In this document: positions 36,330-49,477 of the stretch, piece by piece
Numbering within the stretch: the stretch's first letter is position 1
How the letters are laid out: every line of letters starts with the position of its first letter
Assembly: GCA_965603825.1 (NCBI GenBank)
Contig: CBFDEM010000019.1
Location: 62,001 to 126,000 of the forward strand
Direction: 5' to 3'
DNA: 64,000 bases
From: Blepharisma stoltei ATCC 30299
Taxonomy: Eukaryota; Protista; Ciliophora
Made by a program: the position numbers and the translations under genes
The notes under the pieces: model-generated
Told to the model about the DNA's origin: nothing
The model's input: only the letters and a program-made list of their open reading frames with translations
Databases searched by the model: none

Positions 36330-36447
36330 ATTTATGATATTGCGTATGTTCTTACTAGATATCTAAGTAAAGATAGTGCCAAAATAATAAATTCGGGAAT
36401 TAATAAATATTTTAAGTTATATGCAACCAAGATCTGTTGAAATATAA

Positions 36448-37488
36448 ATGGATCCACGAGATCATAACGATTTTAATGAAGAGAAAAAAACTGAGCACTG
36501 AAACAAATATCAAATACTCGAACAAATAGCAGTAGGCAGCTTTGGAGTAGTTTTCAAAGCAATAAATACAGAAACAAGAGAGCTAGTAGCTATTAAAAAA
36601 ATTCAGCAGGATCCAAGATACAAAACTAAAGAGCTTAAAATTTTACAAAGAATGCGACATCCTAATATAGTTAACTTGAAAAGTTCGGTTTATAGCAAAG
36701 AAGAAGAGGAGTACCTTAATTTAGTTATGGATTATTACCCAGAAACTATTGCAACACCTATAGCAAATTCTTCCTCAAATGGAAAAATCCCTGAAATTCT
36801 TGTAAAGCTTTATATCTATCAGCTACTCCGAGCTTTAGCCCATATGCATGCTTTAAGAATTTGCCATCGGGATGTGAAGCCTTTAAATTTACTTTTAGAC
36901 CCTAAAAGCCATATAGTCAGTCTATGTGATTTTGGGAGCGCAAAAAGGCTTAAGCCAAATGAGTCAAACGTTTCTTATATTTGTTCGAGATATTATAGAG
37001 CTCCTGAGCTGATTTTTGGGTCGACTAGTTATACTGAAAAAGTTGATATCTGAAGTGTTGGGTGCATAGCTGCAGAACTTCTGCTTGGGCATGCAATTTT
37101 TGCAGGGGAAAGTAGAATAGCGCAGCTGATCGAAATTGTAAAAGTGCTTGGAACTCCTTCAAGAGAACAAATACATGAGCTGAATCCTGAGTACGACCAG
37201 TACAGATTTCCTTATGTAAAGGTTATCCCACTCAATAAAACTCTTCAAGGATCTTCTAAAAATGCTATTGACTTTATAAGCGGAATTTTGCAGTATTCTC
37301 CAAATTCGAGACCAAAGGCTTTAGAAGCACTAATTCATCCATTTTTTGATGAACTGAAAAACCAAGGTATAAGATTACCGAATGGAAACCCAGCACCTGA
37401 TCTTTTTAATTGGACTAATGAAGAAAGATCCTCAGTGAGTGTTGATATTATAGAACGATTAACGCCCGGATGGTATAGAAACAATTAA
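36448..37488 (+). CDS. GSK3: GSK3/shaggy-like kinase, copy 1
   Basis: ATG 36448; CHRDVKP, CDFGSAK, NVSYICSRYYRAPEL; VDI-W(TGA 37051)-SVGC. Confidence 0.93.
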
Positions 37489-37659
37489 TTTTATTTTAAT
37501 ATCCATTCTTTTCCATATTTTTTAGCATAAACAAATTATTCTAAATGATTTCATATGCATCAATCCTCAAATTATTCTACTTTATTGCATCTTTTACTTA
37601 TGCTAATTCATAAAATCATTAAAATATCTAATCAAGTGAAACGTTTATTAATAATAATT

Positions 37660-38724
37660 ATGGAGGTAACCACAGAGCAAAGGAACTTCAACATGGAAGA
37701 GCTAAAAATCGACCAGTGACACAAATACCAAATCGTCGACCAAATTGCTGTTGGGACTTTTGGTGTTGTTTATAAAGCCATAAATCGAGAAAATAGTGAA
37801 CTTGTTGCAATTAAAAAAATTCGTCAAGACCCGAGATACCAAAACCGTGAATTAGAAATCATGCGGCTTCTTACCCATGATAACATCATTACTTTACGAA
37901 ATGCTTTCTTAAGCAAGGAAGGGACTGATAGAGAATATTTAAACGTTGTAATGGACTATTTTCCGGAAACCATTCTTAAACCGATTCAAAACTCATTGAA
38001 AAAAGGAAGAAAAATCCCTGAATTAGTATCAAAGCTGTATATGTATCAGCTGCTCAGAGCACTAGGGCACATGCACTCCCTAGGGATTTGTCATAGAGAT
38101 GTAAAACCGTTAAATATTTTGCTTGACTCCAAAACTCACATTGTAAGCTTATGTGACCTTGGAAGCTCTAAAAGGCTTATTCGCGGTGAAGCAAATATCG
38201 CTTATATATGTTCACGATATTATAGAGCTCCTGAGCTTATTTTCGGGTCAACTAGATACTCAGAGTCGATTGACATATGGAGCGCTGGGTGTATAGCTGC
38301 TGAACTTTTAATAGGAAAAATGCTATTTGTGGGGAGCACAAGGATTACCCAGCTGATAGAGATTATTAAAATTATGGGAACTCCTTCAAGAGAAGAAATT
38401 TATGAAATGAATCCTAAATACAGAGAATATAAATTCCCATTTGTAAAAGTGGTCCCACTTTTTAGGATTCTTGATGGCGCTTCTAAAAATGCAATTGATT
38501 TTGTATCAAGTTTACTGCAGTATTCGCCTAGTGCAAGACCTAAAGCATTAGAGGCATTGCTACACCCTTGATTTGATGAATTGAGAAACCAAAATTGTAG
38601 GCTGCCGAGTGGGAATCCCCTGCCTGATATTTTTAACTGGACAAATGAAGAAAGAAATTCTGTGAGCCCTGATGTTATTGAGAGATTGACTCCAAGCTGG
38701 TATCGTATTGACCCTAGTAACTAA
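37660..38724 (+). CDS. GSK3: GSK3/shaggy-like kinase, copy 2 (DLG in place of DFG)
   Basis: ATG 37660; NIAYICSRYYRAPEL; HP-W(TGA 38569)-FDEL; TAA 38722-38724. Colinear with copy 1. Confidence 0.93.
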
Positions 38725-39627
38725 TAATTACAAAAATAATTTTCATATATTAATTATTTTTATATACAAATTTTATAAAATATGATAAAAATGATTATTA
38801 TTTTAAGTCCTAAGCTAAAAATATCAATTAATTATTAGAATAAAATCATATGCTAAAATTTCTATAAGGATATAATATATGGTGAATTTTTTATATTTTT
38901 AAAGCACAAATTAAAGAAATAATATTTATAATCTTTAAAAGCCCTTAGCAATACTGCAGCAGGAATTTCACTGTATTACCCAAACATTTCCTATATTTTT
39001 CAAGTTAGAATCCAATTTATCAAATATTCTACTCTTTTCCATATTTTTACTAAAAATTCCAAACCCTAGATTAAGTATAATAATATTTTGACAATTTGAT
39101 TTTGGCATTTCCATTCTGTAAATCCAAGGAGCAATCTCTGAGACAAATGCTATTGAAAAAGTAGCAAATAGCCTATCAATCTTCAATATAGCTATTAATT
39201 TTCTATTAAATACAGTATGAGGGACTTAATTCTTCACCAGCAATTCTTAATTAATGGATTTCTGTTTGCTATATATTGAAAACCAAGTCTTCAATAGGAA
39301 AACACATATTGGGTAAAAGCAGAAGTAATCTATAAAAATTGAATTTCATAAATCAATTATCGTTTTTAACCTAATTCAATTATTATAATAAATGTCAAAA
39401 TGTCAAAATTATTGCAAATAAAAATGATTGAGCTATTATGTTTCATTAATTCAATATTTAGACTCGTATAATAAAAAACTGCCAATTAATCTTTGAACAA
39501 TCAAATAATTTAAAATACATTTTATATTTTATAGAAGACAATGCTTAAGTGAGATTATTTTAATTAACGGAGAATATTAATTAATTTAAAAAGGCAATTT
39601 AAATTATTGAACTATTATAATTTACTA

Positions 39628-40749
39628 TTAGCCTTTACGTGAAACTGGTTCATCATATTCAACCCTCGAGTCGTCTGTAGAATTAGGGATGTCTTCGTTA
39701 TAGTAATAATCAGCAAAAAGTGACTGAGTAATTTCATCTTTCAGTAGCGTTTTGCAACGAATAAACGATTCATTATTCACATCTCTATTGTACGAAATTT
39801 CTAAATTCTTTCTAAAATTCGCTGAGGTGGCTTTCGGAATATATGGAGCTTTTAATGCCCCATTTTCGAGTTTTACTCAGTCAATATCGGAAAACCATGG
39901 ATGCTTTTTTACTTCATTTGCCCCATGATATCCAAGCCTATTTCTTGGATTCTTCTGTATAAGCTGTATATAAATTACCTTGTTTACTAAATCAAGAATG
40001 TCGCTTGATCAACCTTTTGGAAGATCACTTTCTTTTAGTTTGATTTCTTCTTTCATTTTCAATGAAATTTCTCTTCGATTAGCACCTTCATAAGGCCTTT
40101 CCCCGGTTATCAATTCATAAAGAATGATTCCGAGGGAATAATAATCGGTCGCAATCGTTTGTTGTTCATAAGAAATCATTTCTGGGGATATATAGCCAAT
40201 TGTGCCTTCAATATGGTTGGCATTTTGATCCAAAATATTAATAGCTGTTCCAAAGTCTGATAAATGGAGATATCCATTACTGTCGAATAATAAGTTTTCA
40301 GGCTTTAAATCTCTATGGATAATATTCATCCCATGAATATATTCTAAGCTTCTTATTATGCAACAAATTCAAAATTTTACTACTTTTTCCGAAATAGCTT
40401 TTTTTTGAGCCAAATAAAATCTCAGATCTCCACCAAGCATTAAATCTAATACTAAATATAAAAACTGGCTATCAGAAAATGCATAATGCATGCTCACAAT
40501 AGTTGGGCTATGAAGTGTGCTTAAAATTTTTTCCTCATTCAGCACATCATCTATGCTCCTCTTAGCCAAAATTTTTGCCTTTGACATGACTTTTACCGCA
40601 AATTCTGTATTTGATTTCGTGTGAAGAGCTTTTCAGACTTTTCCAAACGCTCCTTTGCCAATTACATAATTCAATTGAAATTGGCTTCTAGAGACTGTTA
40701 AAGGTCCGTCATTTGGCTCTTCATGAGGGCTTCTACAACAATTTCCCAT
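39628..40749 (-). CDS. AGC kinase (YANK/STK32-like), copy 1, MGNCC acylation motif, one 15-nt intron
   Basis: ATG 40749; GKGAFGKV-W(TGA)-KA, LDLMLGGDLRF, HRDLKPEN, DFG; TAA 39628-39630. Confidence 0.9.
39964..39978 (-). other. 15-nt in-frame intron GTAATTTATATACAG
   Basis: Removal gives DLVNKLIQKNP, matching the intronless paralog DFVNKLLEKDP; A10. Confidence 0.88.
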
Positions 40750-41036
40750 TTTAGACAAAATTATTATGAATCACACCGCTGGCCATTTTAAACGTTTATG
40801 ACAATTTTGCCATTAAAAATGCTATCCTTAAGAAATCCGAAAATAATAATTTTATTTTTTTTTTGCAAACTTTCAAAGGATAATTATAAAAATAAAAGTT
40901 TTATATTAAATCCATGCCTGAAATTTAGCGCAATAATTTTTTATTTGCTCTATAATAATGACATTTTTATGGAGAATTTGATTTATAAAATAGCATTTCT
41001 TATGGCCTTTCTAACTATTATATCGTTTTATTTTTA

Positions 41037-41609
41037 TTATATAGATTTTTGAGTTATATTCAAATAGTTCAGCAGCTCAAACTCTTCAAATCTGTCCCTA
41101 AAGCACTTATCTAAATTATTAAGTAAAGGGAATAGTTCAATATAAAGATGCCAATAATAATTTTCTTCATAGCTCAAGAACTCACAATTTGTATTATAAT
41201 AGTCTAATTCTTGGTCGCCCTCAGCAATGCTGCAATATGAATTCCCATCAGTCGCACATACACATTTTCTATGCTTTTCATTCATAAGCTCACAATTAAT
41301 GTCCCAATGGCATCGAATAGGATGCTCTTGTACATGCTTTGACCAAATATTTCGAACCCCACAGTTAACAGACTCTGAATACGTTGGCACTTTTTGTTTT
41401 TCGCATAATAATTTTCCTTCCATTTGCCACACTCTTTGGATTTTTAATTGCAAAATTGAGCAGCTAGTTTCTTCTGGACAATCTTGAGAATTTACTAATA
41501 TAAGATCATTTGTCCACAAAGCACAAATCCCTGTTGGCAATTCTACGCATTTTCATACAGGGCATGCAAAAAGCAACAAAAACAAATTAAAAAGTATTAT
41601 ACTTTTCAT
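41037..41609 (-). CDS. secreted Cys-rich protein
   Basis: ATG 41609, signal peptide MKSIILFNLFLLLFA, CPV-W(TGA)-KC. CVCATDGNSYC resembles CSCGYNADASAYC in 57852..58928. Confidence 0.8.
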
Positions 41610-41618
41610 ATTTTACCA

Positions 41619-42716
41619 TTAAATCTTATTGGAATTTATATCAACTCTTGAAACATCAGTAGACGCTGGAATTTCACAGTTGTAATAATAGTCAGCAAAT
41701 AATGATTGCGTGACTTCATCCTTTAATAAAATTTTACTCTTTGCGAGAGCTTCCATATCGATATCATTATTAAATGACAATTCAACTTGCTGGCTGAAGT
41801 TTGCTCTAGTAATTTTTGGAATATAAGGAGCTTTTAAAGAAAAATTTGCAAGCTTTTTTCAATCAAAATTGGAAAACCATGAATGGTTTTTTGCTTCAAA
41901 AGACCCATTATAGCCTAGTCTATTTTCAGGGTCCTTTTCAAGCAGTTTATTGACAAAATCAATAACATGACTAGATCAACCGGCTGGGACTTGACTTTCT
42001 TTAAGACTTATACCTTCATTTATTTTCTCCTCGATTTCTTTTAAGTTAGTCCCTTCATAAGGCCTAGCACCCACAATAATTTCATATAAAGTGATTCCAA
42101 GGGCATAATAGTCAACCGCTTTAGTTTGGACATCTTGGAAAATTGTCTCTGGAGCTATATACCCTAAGGTGCCTTCTATATATTTTGAATTTTTGTTGCC
42201 CAAAATAATGGCTGTACCAAAATCAGATAAATGCAAATACCCCTTTTCGTCAAATAATAAATTTTCAGGCTTCAAATCTCTGTGGATGATATTTGCTTCA
42301 TGAATAGACTCAAGGCACCTTATGGTGTTGGCTATTCAAAATTTCACTATTTTTTCGTCAAAACGCAATTTTTTAGATAAATGATACCTGAGGTCTCCGC
42401 CTGGCATTAAATCTAAAACTAAAAAAAGGTTCTGGCTATCAGAAAACGCATAATGACAATTCGTGAGCGTTGAACTTTTTGCAAATTTCAGGATTTTTTG
42501 CTCGTTTAAAACTGTACTTATACACTTTTTGGCAAGAATTTTTGCCTTAGACATGACCTTTATAGCGTATTCTGTATTGGAAGCTTTATGGAGAGCTTTC
42601 CAGACCTTCCCGTAAGCTCCTCTACCAATTATATAATTTAACTGAAACATGTCTCTGGTGACGGTAGAGTTTACTTCGGTTGATTCTTCATTTGAATTTC
42701 GGCAGCAATTTCCCAT
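41619..42716 (-). CDS. AGC kinase (YANK/STK32-like), copy 2, MGNCC
   Basis: ORFs 42336..42716 and 41976..42275 joined by TGA; continues to TAA 41619-41621. Confidence 0.9.
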
Positions 42717-43087
42717 TTAAATTTTATGATATTATAGAGAATTTATTTTCAGCACAATTCAAGAATCAACAGAATATAATATCCATAAACAAAAATGGGA
42801 TTATATTAAGAAATAAGTCAGTCAAAATCATTTTAAATTAATTACTATGAAATTTTTTAACGATTATTTAATTATTTTTTGGCAGAAAATAATAGAAATA
42901 TAATTTTTATTTTTGAAAATAAAAGTTAAAAAATTTGATATTTTATGGAAATTAAATTGTAAAAATATGCAAAAAATGCTTAATTTATTGAAAATTTTAT
43001 TATATTTTTTATAAACTCAGTTATGAAAACTTCGTATCTTTTTTCATATTGTGAAGATCCGTATCCTGCTTGCTTTATAATAGTCAA

Positions 43088-43996
43088 ATGCACAGAAAAA
43101 TTGTTTCAAATGCCACCAGTGAAGCCGCTCTCTATAAATCGCCTCGCAAATCCCGACGAGTTTCAGTTGGCTCCATATCATCTCCTCAATCTTCAAACTC
43201 CCAGTCCTCAAAAAAAATCACCCCAGGCGACCACGTCCAAGTCCTCAATACTTATTCTCAATCTCCTAGAATTTTTATAAAAGCTTCCAATAACACCCCA
43301 ATAACCCTTCACATTCAAAAGCCGGGCATAATTACCACAACAAAAACCTATGTATTTGAAGCCGCATCCCAATTAAAAGAAATTTCGAATAACATGAAAT
43401 TCCCCTGTGAACAAGAACTTCCTATTGTATCAGTATTTCCTTTTGACGATAAGCCAAATGAGTCTGCAGAGTCTTCCTCTGTCAGCTCGATTTCTCTAAA
43501 TCGCACTTCTGCACCTCTAGCTCCATTATCCCCTATAATTTGCCGAATCTGCCTTGATTCTTCTAAACAAGAAGATTTAATTGCCCCTTGCAAATGCAAT
43601 GGGACACAAAAATACGTCCATCAAGAATGCTTGAAATTGTGACTGCTTCATAGTGACAAAGATGAAATGGAGCTATCCTCTTGTGAACTATGTAAATGTC
43701 CGCTAAAAATGAATTTTCATTATTTAACGACGTGCAGCCCATGTGGGAAAGAACAAAGCTGTGTCCCGTGGCTTGCGCTATTTGTGGCATTATTTTTTAT
43801 GATTTTTGTAAGTGGGATGTTTTATTTATTTTCATGCAAAATTATACAAGATAAGACTTTAGTTATGACGCTGGGTGTTATTTTTTCGGTTTTTGCGGTT
43901 TTATGTCTTTTATTAAGCTTTGGAAGTGCTTTGGAGTCGTGCTTTGAAAGAAGGGTTGTGGAGTGGGATATAGAAAATCAAGATTTTAATAATTAA
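43088..43996 (+). CDS. RING-CH (MARCH-type) E3 ubiquitin ligase with two C-terminal TM helices
   Basis: CRIC...LIAPCKCNGTQKYVHQECLKL-W(TGA 43640)...CELCK; first ATG 43088. Confidence 0.9.
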
Positions 43997-44002
43997 ATAA
44001 AT

Positions 44003-47000
44003 ATGACAGAACTTGTGTTTAGAATTGACTATAACGACCAAGAAGCTTGCTTAGAAGCAGCCAAACAAATAACCAAATATATGATGAGCTACAAAGAAGT
44101 GCTAAATAGATACACAGAAGGATGTAACTATGACACTGCAAGTTCTTCAGAGAAAAGGCTGCTATTAGAGCAATTCAGCAGTTTCTGCTTGCTAATTATC
44201 CAATCTTGTGTAAGCGAAATTGAATTATTAGAAGACGAATTGGATAGTTCAAAGTTGTATAACGACGACTGCCAAAAATTAATTAAAGAGTTAGAAGACG
44301 CCAGGCAACAAATTGAAAATTTGAAATCATTGAAGATGCAGGACAAAACTCCTAAGAATTCTGATATAGAATTGCATCAGAATTCAAGAGAAAAATTAAA
44401 GTTATCTACGATTAGCTCGAAAGAAGCTGAGGTAGGAATAACTATGAGGTCGAATCAATTCAATGATCCTATAGAAACGGCTATTGTATACCAATGAAGT
44501 TCTACAAGGATTCAAGCTGCATGAAGAGGATATGTGATGAGGAAACAGTATTATGAACTTTTAAACGAATATATTGATCAGAGTAGAGCCATTCCTACTC
44601 AAGTCTCTGACGAAGATATTATGAAAATAGCCTCAAATTCTATTAAAACTAAAAATCTTACATTTGAGCAGTGCTTTCGGGCAATTGACAAAGACGACAA
44701 AAAAGTCATCTCATGTGATGATTTTATTTCTTTTTTGGAAAATCTGAGGCTATGCTTAACAAAAGCTGAAATTTCGAGGCTGGTTTTGATTTTTGATGAA
44801 GAATGCAAAGGGAAACTAGAAATTCAAGACTTTTATGATATTTTGGCCGCTTATAAGGTTGAGACTGAAAATCACCGAGTGATGAGCAAGCCTGTAGAAG
44901 TCGATGCTTTAGCCAATTTTATGAAATTCATAGAAAATAGAAAACTAAGCCCAGAAGAAATATTTGAAATTATTGATACCAACAAAAAAAACCTAATTCT
45001 CAACGAAGATTTAAAAAGTTTCCTTATAAATATTGAATCAAACCTTAAGCAAAGAGAAATTGCTTCTATAGTAAGGATACTTGATCCTCATATGACTGGA
45101 GAAATTACAAAAGACACCTTCATGAAAATCATGAATAAAGGAAACCAAGCTGTAAAAATTGAAAATTTAATTAAAACAAGAAAACCCAGGACTCGTTACA
45201 ATTCAGACGGAAAAAAAGAAAAAATTAGCAAGCCTAAGAAAGATAAAGATATTAGAAGACTTATTAAAAAAATAGAAGAAAATGGTAAAAGTGTATCAGA
45301 GTTCGTAAAAATTTTACAAAAAGAGAATAAAGGGAGAGTTGCTATACAAGTTTTTTCGAAAGCACTAGGCTCTGTATTTCCTTCTATAAAAAAAGAAGAA
45401 ATTATCAAGCTATTAAGCTTCTTTGATTTAGATAAAGATAGTATGATTAGTATCAAGGATATTGAAAACTTCTTTATAAACCATGCGTCAAGCCACAAAT
45501 CGACCAAAAAGTTATTTAAAAAATTAGCCAAAAAAATACAGGAGTCAAATACCCCAACCCTTGAATTTTTTGCAAATGAAAAAATAAATGATTTTATGGA
45601 CGAAAAACAGTTTATAGAAGATATATCAAGAATTTTTAAACTTTCTCATGAAAAATCCGAACTTTTGTATAATTTTTTGAAAGTTGAAGACCTGGATGGT
45701 GTTCCCATTAAAAGTTTAGCTGCTTATATTGACTCTTATAGATCTGACTTGCAGCTAAATGAATCAGAAATAGAAAAAGCTGCAAAAGAGCTTCTAGAGA
45801 CTTCTAGAATTATGCCAGGAAATGCAGCTGAAGAACTAACAAAAATATTCAGCACATTAAAACTTAGCCCATTAGATGTCTTCAAACTAGCTGACAGGCA
45901 GAATAATGAAAAAATTGGCATAGGAAGTTTCACCAAAACAATTCTAAAACTTTTCCCTAAAATCAACGAAAATTTATTAAATAGAGCAGTAAAACTTTTC
46001 AAAGGGCCAGTGATAACCCATGACGAGATGATATCTAGATTTGATATCGAAATTGAGCCTGAAGAGCCATCAATTGACTTTTCCAACTTATCTGAAGATC
46101 AAATCAGAATGTTTAAAAAATTAACCAGCGCTTTTCTTGAGACAAGCTTTACTCCGCAGACTTTTTTTATTAATGCTGATACCGATCATGATGGTAGAAT
46201 CAGTACAGCAGATCTCATTGGAGCTATGAAAAAATTATTTTCCCCAAAAATCCTGTCAAATGCTGATATAAGGGCTATTAGTGAAGCTTTCAAAATTCAT
46301 GTAAATGAGACTATATATATTGATGAGTTTTTGAAGCTTATGAATGAAGTCAAAACGGAAGAAGAAAAAATAGAGTTTCAGCCATTAAGCAAAATTGAAG
46401 AATCCTCTATTAAAATTGAACAAAAAATCCCCACGGAATCTGAAAAAGACTCGGCGAAAAGTAAATCAGAAAGCCTCAGCAGAGGATCAAGGCCAGCTTC
46501 GCATAGCATGAAATTCTTTCAAAGCACGTCACGAAGAAGCTCAAGAATATCGTCGATTGGAAGCGAAAAAATTATTAAACCACTAAAGCTTAGTGAAATC
46601 CAAAATGAAGCTCCTGCGAAAAAGTCTGAAAGTTCTTCATCTTCAAGAAAACCCTCAAAAATTGATGCAATAGAAAACGTATTTTATCAAAACAGGAAGC
46701 CAAAAAAAGAAAAAACACCAGATAGCACTCCAAAAATGCCAGCTGAGATTTTGATCCAAAACAACGATCCAAAAGCACATAATGATGTTTCTTTTAGGTC
46801 TTCTGGGAACACATCAGATGCAGCATCACAAAAAAGGCAAAAAATTCGTCCAAGAATTTACTATTCTCAGGATTCTAGCCATCCCTCATCCCCTAATTCT
46901 GAATTATCCTCCCCTTTACGATCTACAGAATCACTCCAACAAGAGCCTATCATGAAAGTGGCTAACTATTTAAATGGAGAGAATGATAAAAAAAGACCTT

Positions 47001-49462
47001 TAATGGCTGAAGAATTTTATGAGTCACTGGATGGGATGCATTGGCATGTTATTACAAAAGCCCAATTAAAGATGTGCTTAGACAAGCTACCTTTGTCGCT
47101 ATCTGAAGACGAAAAAAATATTATTTTAAAGATAGCTGACTCAAAAAATGAAAATAGAATTTATAGTGAGGAATTTGTAAAATACTTGAGATCATTAAAA
47201 AGCAAAGTTCTTGAAAGACAAACAAGCCGAAAAATATCTAGAAGAACAAGGCCACCTGAAGTAAAAGACTTGAACCGCAATTTAAATGATTTTCCTGAAG
47301 ACTCATTAGACAGCGCTATATTTAAGCTAAAAGACTACATAAAAACCCACCAAATTTATATCACCTCAATTGAAGCCACTTTTCAAAGACTAGACGAAGA
47401 TGGCATTGGAGCCCTCAAGGAGCCAGATTTTATCCTCGCAATTGACAGACTGAGAATTGGGATCACAGAAGCCCAAATGAACAAATTAATTGAGTTCGCA
47501 GATCCCAACCAAAGCGGGATAATAAATTACGTCAATTTCATCAAGATGATTTCCAGCTATGAGTTCAGAAGCCTCCAAACAGTATTAAAACCTATTGAAA
47601 AAATCAAAGAAATAAAAGAAACTGAAGAAGAAGAAAAATATGTACAATCCTCAGCGTCTTCAAGGAGTATGAAAAAGCAGCTTGTAAACCCTATTGAAGA
47701 AATACAGAATTATGTGCTTTCTGATGTAGATTTTTTTACAAAAACGAATGATGAGTGAAGAACGATTTTGAATAGTGAAATTGCAGCACTGAAAAGATGT
47801 GCAGAATTGATAGAGTCGTCAAGGAAAAAAAAATTCATTGACCCTGATTTTGGTCCTGAGCAAATTCAAGATGGGGCATTTTGTTTATATTGGACAGGAA
47901 GCCCACCGAATAGTAATTATCCTCCAGCTGATGAGCTGACGTGAATTTCTCCTTCAAAATTCTTGAAATCAGCAGTCTTCATTAATGGAGGAAGCAATAA
48001 AAACACAGTCATACAAGGCTCACTTAGGAATTCCTGGTTTCTTGGAGGCTTAAGCATTGTTGGCCAGCAAGAAGAATTCATCTGTGGCTTCTTAAAAAAG
48101 CTTGAAAAACCTGACCAAATAAACGTAAATACAGTCCTAGGGATTTCTAAAGGCACCTATCCTCCTATCTTTCATGCATTTGCCAAAAAAGGACTCTACG
48201 TAATCCGTGTAGAAATCGACAGGTCTTCAAAATGGGTGATTATTGATGACAGAATCCCAATGTACGCTAAAGATACCAAAGATCCACAATATATATTTGG
48301 CCATAGCTCAGATCCCAATGAGCTATGGATAAGCTTAATAGAAAAAGCATATGCAAAACTATATGGCTGTTATGAAGCTTTAAATGGTGGACTGCTAGAA
48401 GACTCGTTGCACTTATTAACCAAAATGAATGTAGAAAAAATAAAAATATCAGCACGTGAGCTCTCACAAGATAAAATTAAACTAGATCAGTTTTGGACGT
48501 TACTTAAAAAATGCAAAGATGAAAAACTGCTTGTTGGCTGCACTATTGATTCAGAAATAAATGATGTTGTTATTGATGGAGAAATTACTGGATTAATTGG
48601 CCAATATGCCTATGCAATTGTTGATATTTTGTTTGTAAAAAACCCTCGGGCAAAAAATTCAAAAAAAAGACATAGATTGTTAAGGCTAAGGAATTTTTGG
48701 AATGAAAAGGAATGGCAAGGAAAATGGAGCCGAAAAAGCGAAGAACTGCAAGAATTTTTTGGGATTATTAAGCCTGAGCTGGATAAAAATAATGAAGAAG
48801 CGTTTGATATTAACAGATATGATGGCACATTTTTAATGAGCTTTAAAGATTGGAGATCGATATTTAGCCATGTGTATATATGCTCAAATTTCAAGAAGCA
48901 ATGGGGAGTCCAATTTCAAGGGGATTGGACATCAGAAACCTCTGGTGGGGTTCCTATGGATAAAGAAAACTCAGTACTTTGGTCACGGAATCCTCAATTT
49001 ATATTAGAATTAAAATCCAGATGTGAAATAACAGTACTTCTAAGTCAAGAAGACTGCCGATACATGAAAAATTCAGTGTTTCCATTCGACGGGACAATGA
49101 AAACTATATGTTTCTCTATCATGAAACTGAGCCCAGAAGAAGAACATGCTAATTTGTTTGATAAAACAAAAATTGTTTATTTATCAGTTTTAAAACAGCA
49201 CAGAGAGGTCAGCTGCAAAATCGACATCCTACCCGGAAAATTCGCTATTATTCCAGCCACACTCAACTCAGGAGAGACTGGGAAATTTTGGCTATCAATA
49301 TATTCAAAGTGCGAAAGAGAAAAAGTGAAGGTTTACAGCTCCTCAGACCCTGAAAACGTCGGAGTAGAGATAGAAAACGAAGAAGAAGTCCCAAAGGAGA
49401 GCATCAGCCCTTCAATTATCAATGATCTACGCGAGCTAGTAGTATATCTCAATTCAATATAA
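44003..49462 (+). CDS. 1819-aa IQ + multi-EF-hand + calpain-like (CysPc + domain III) protein, predicted catalytically inactive
   Basis: ORFs joined by TGA at 44495, 44522, 47756 and 47942. IQ motif RIQAA-W-RGY, many EF-hand loops, FIDPDFGP, WVIIDDRIP, ELWISLIEKAYAKLYGCYEALNGG, RNPQF. Confidence 0.9.
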
Positions 49463-49477
49463 TATGATAATATTAAT

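Noticed and set aside
38925-39350. ORF 38968..39186 and adjacent broken frames
   Set aside because: TTG start, several TAA/TAG upstream, no motif; may be debris but cannot be supported.
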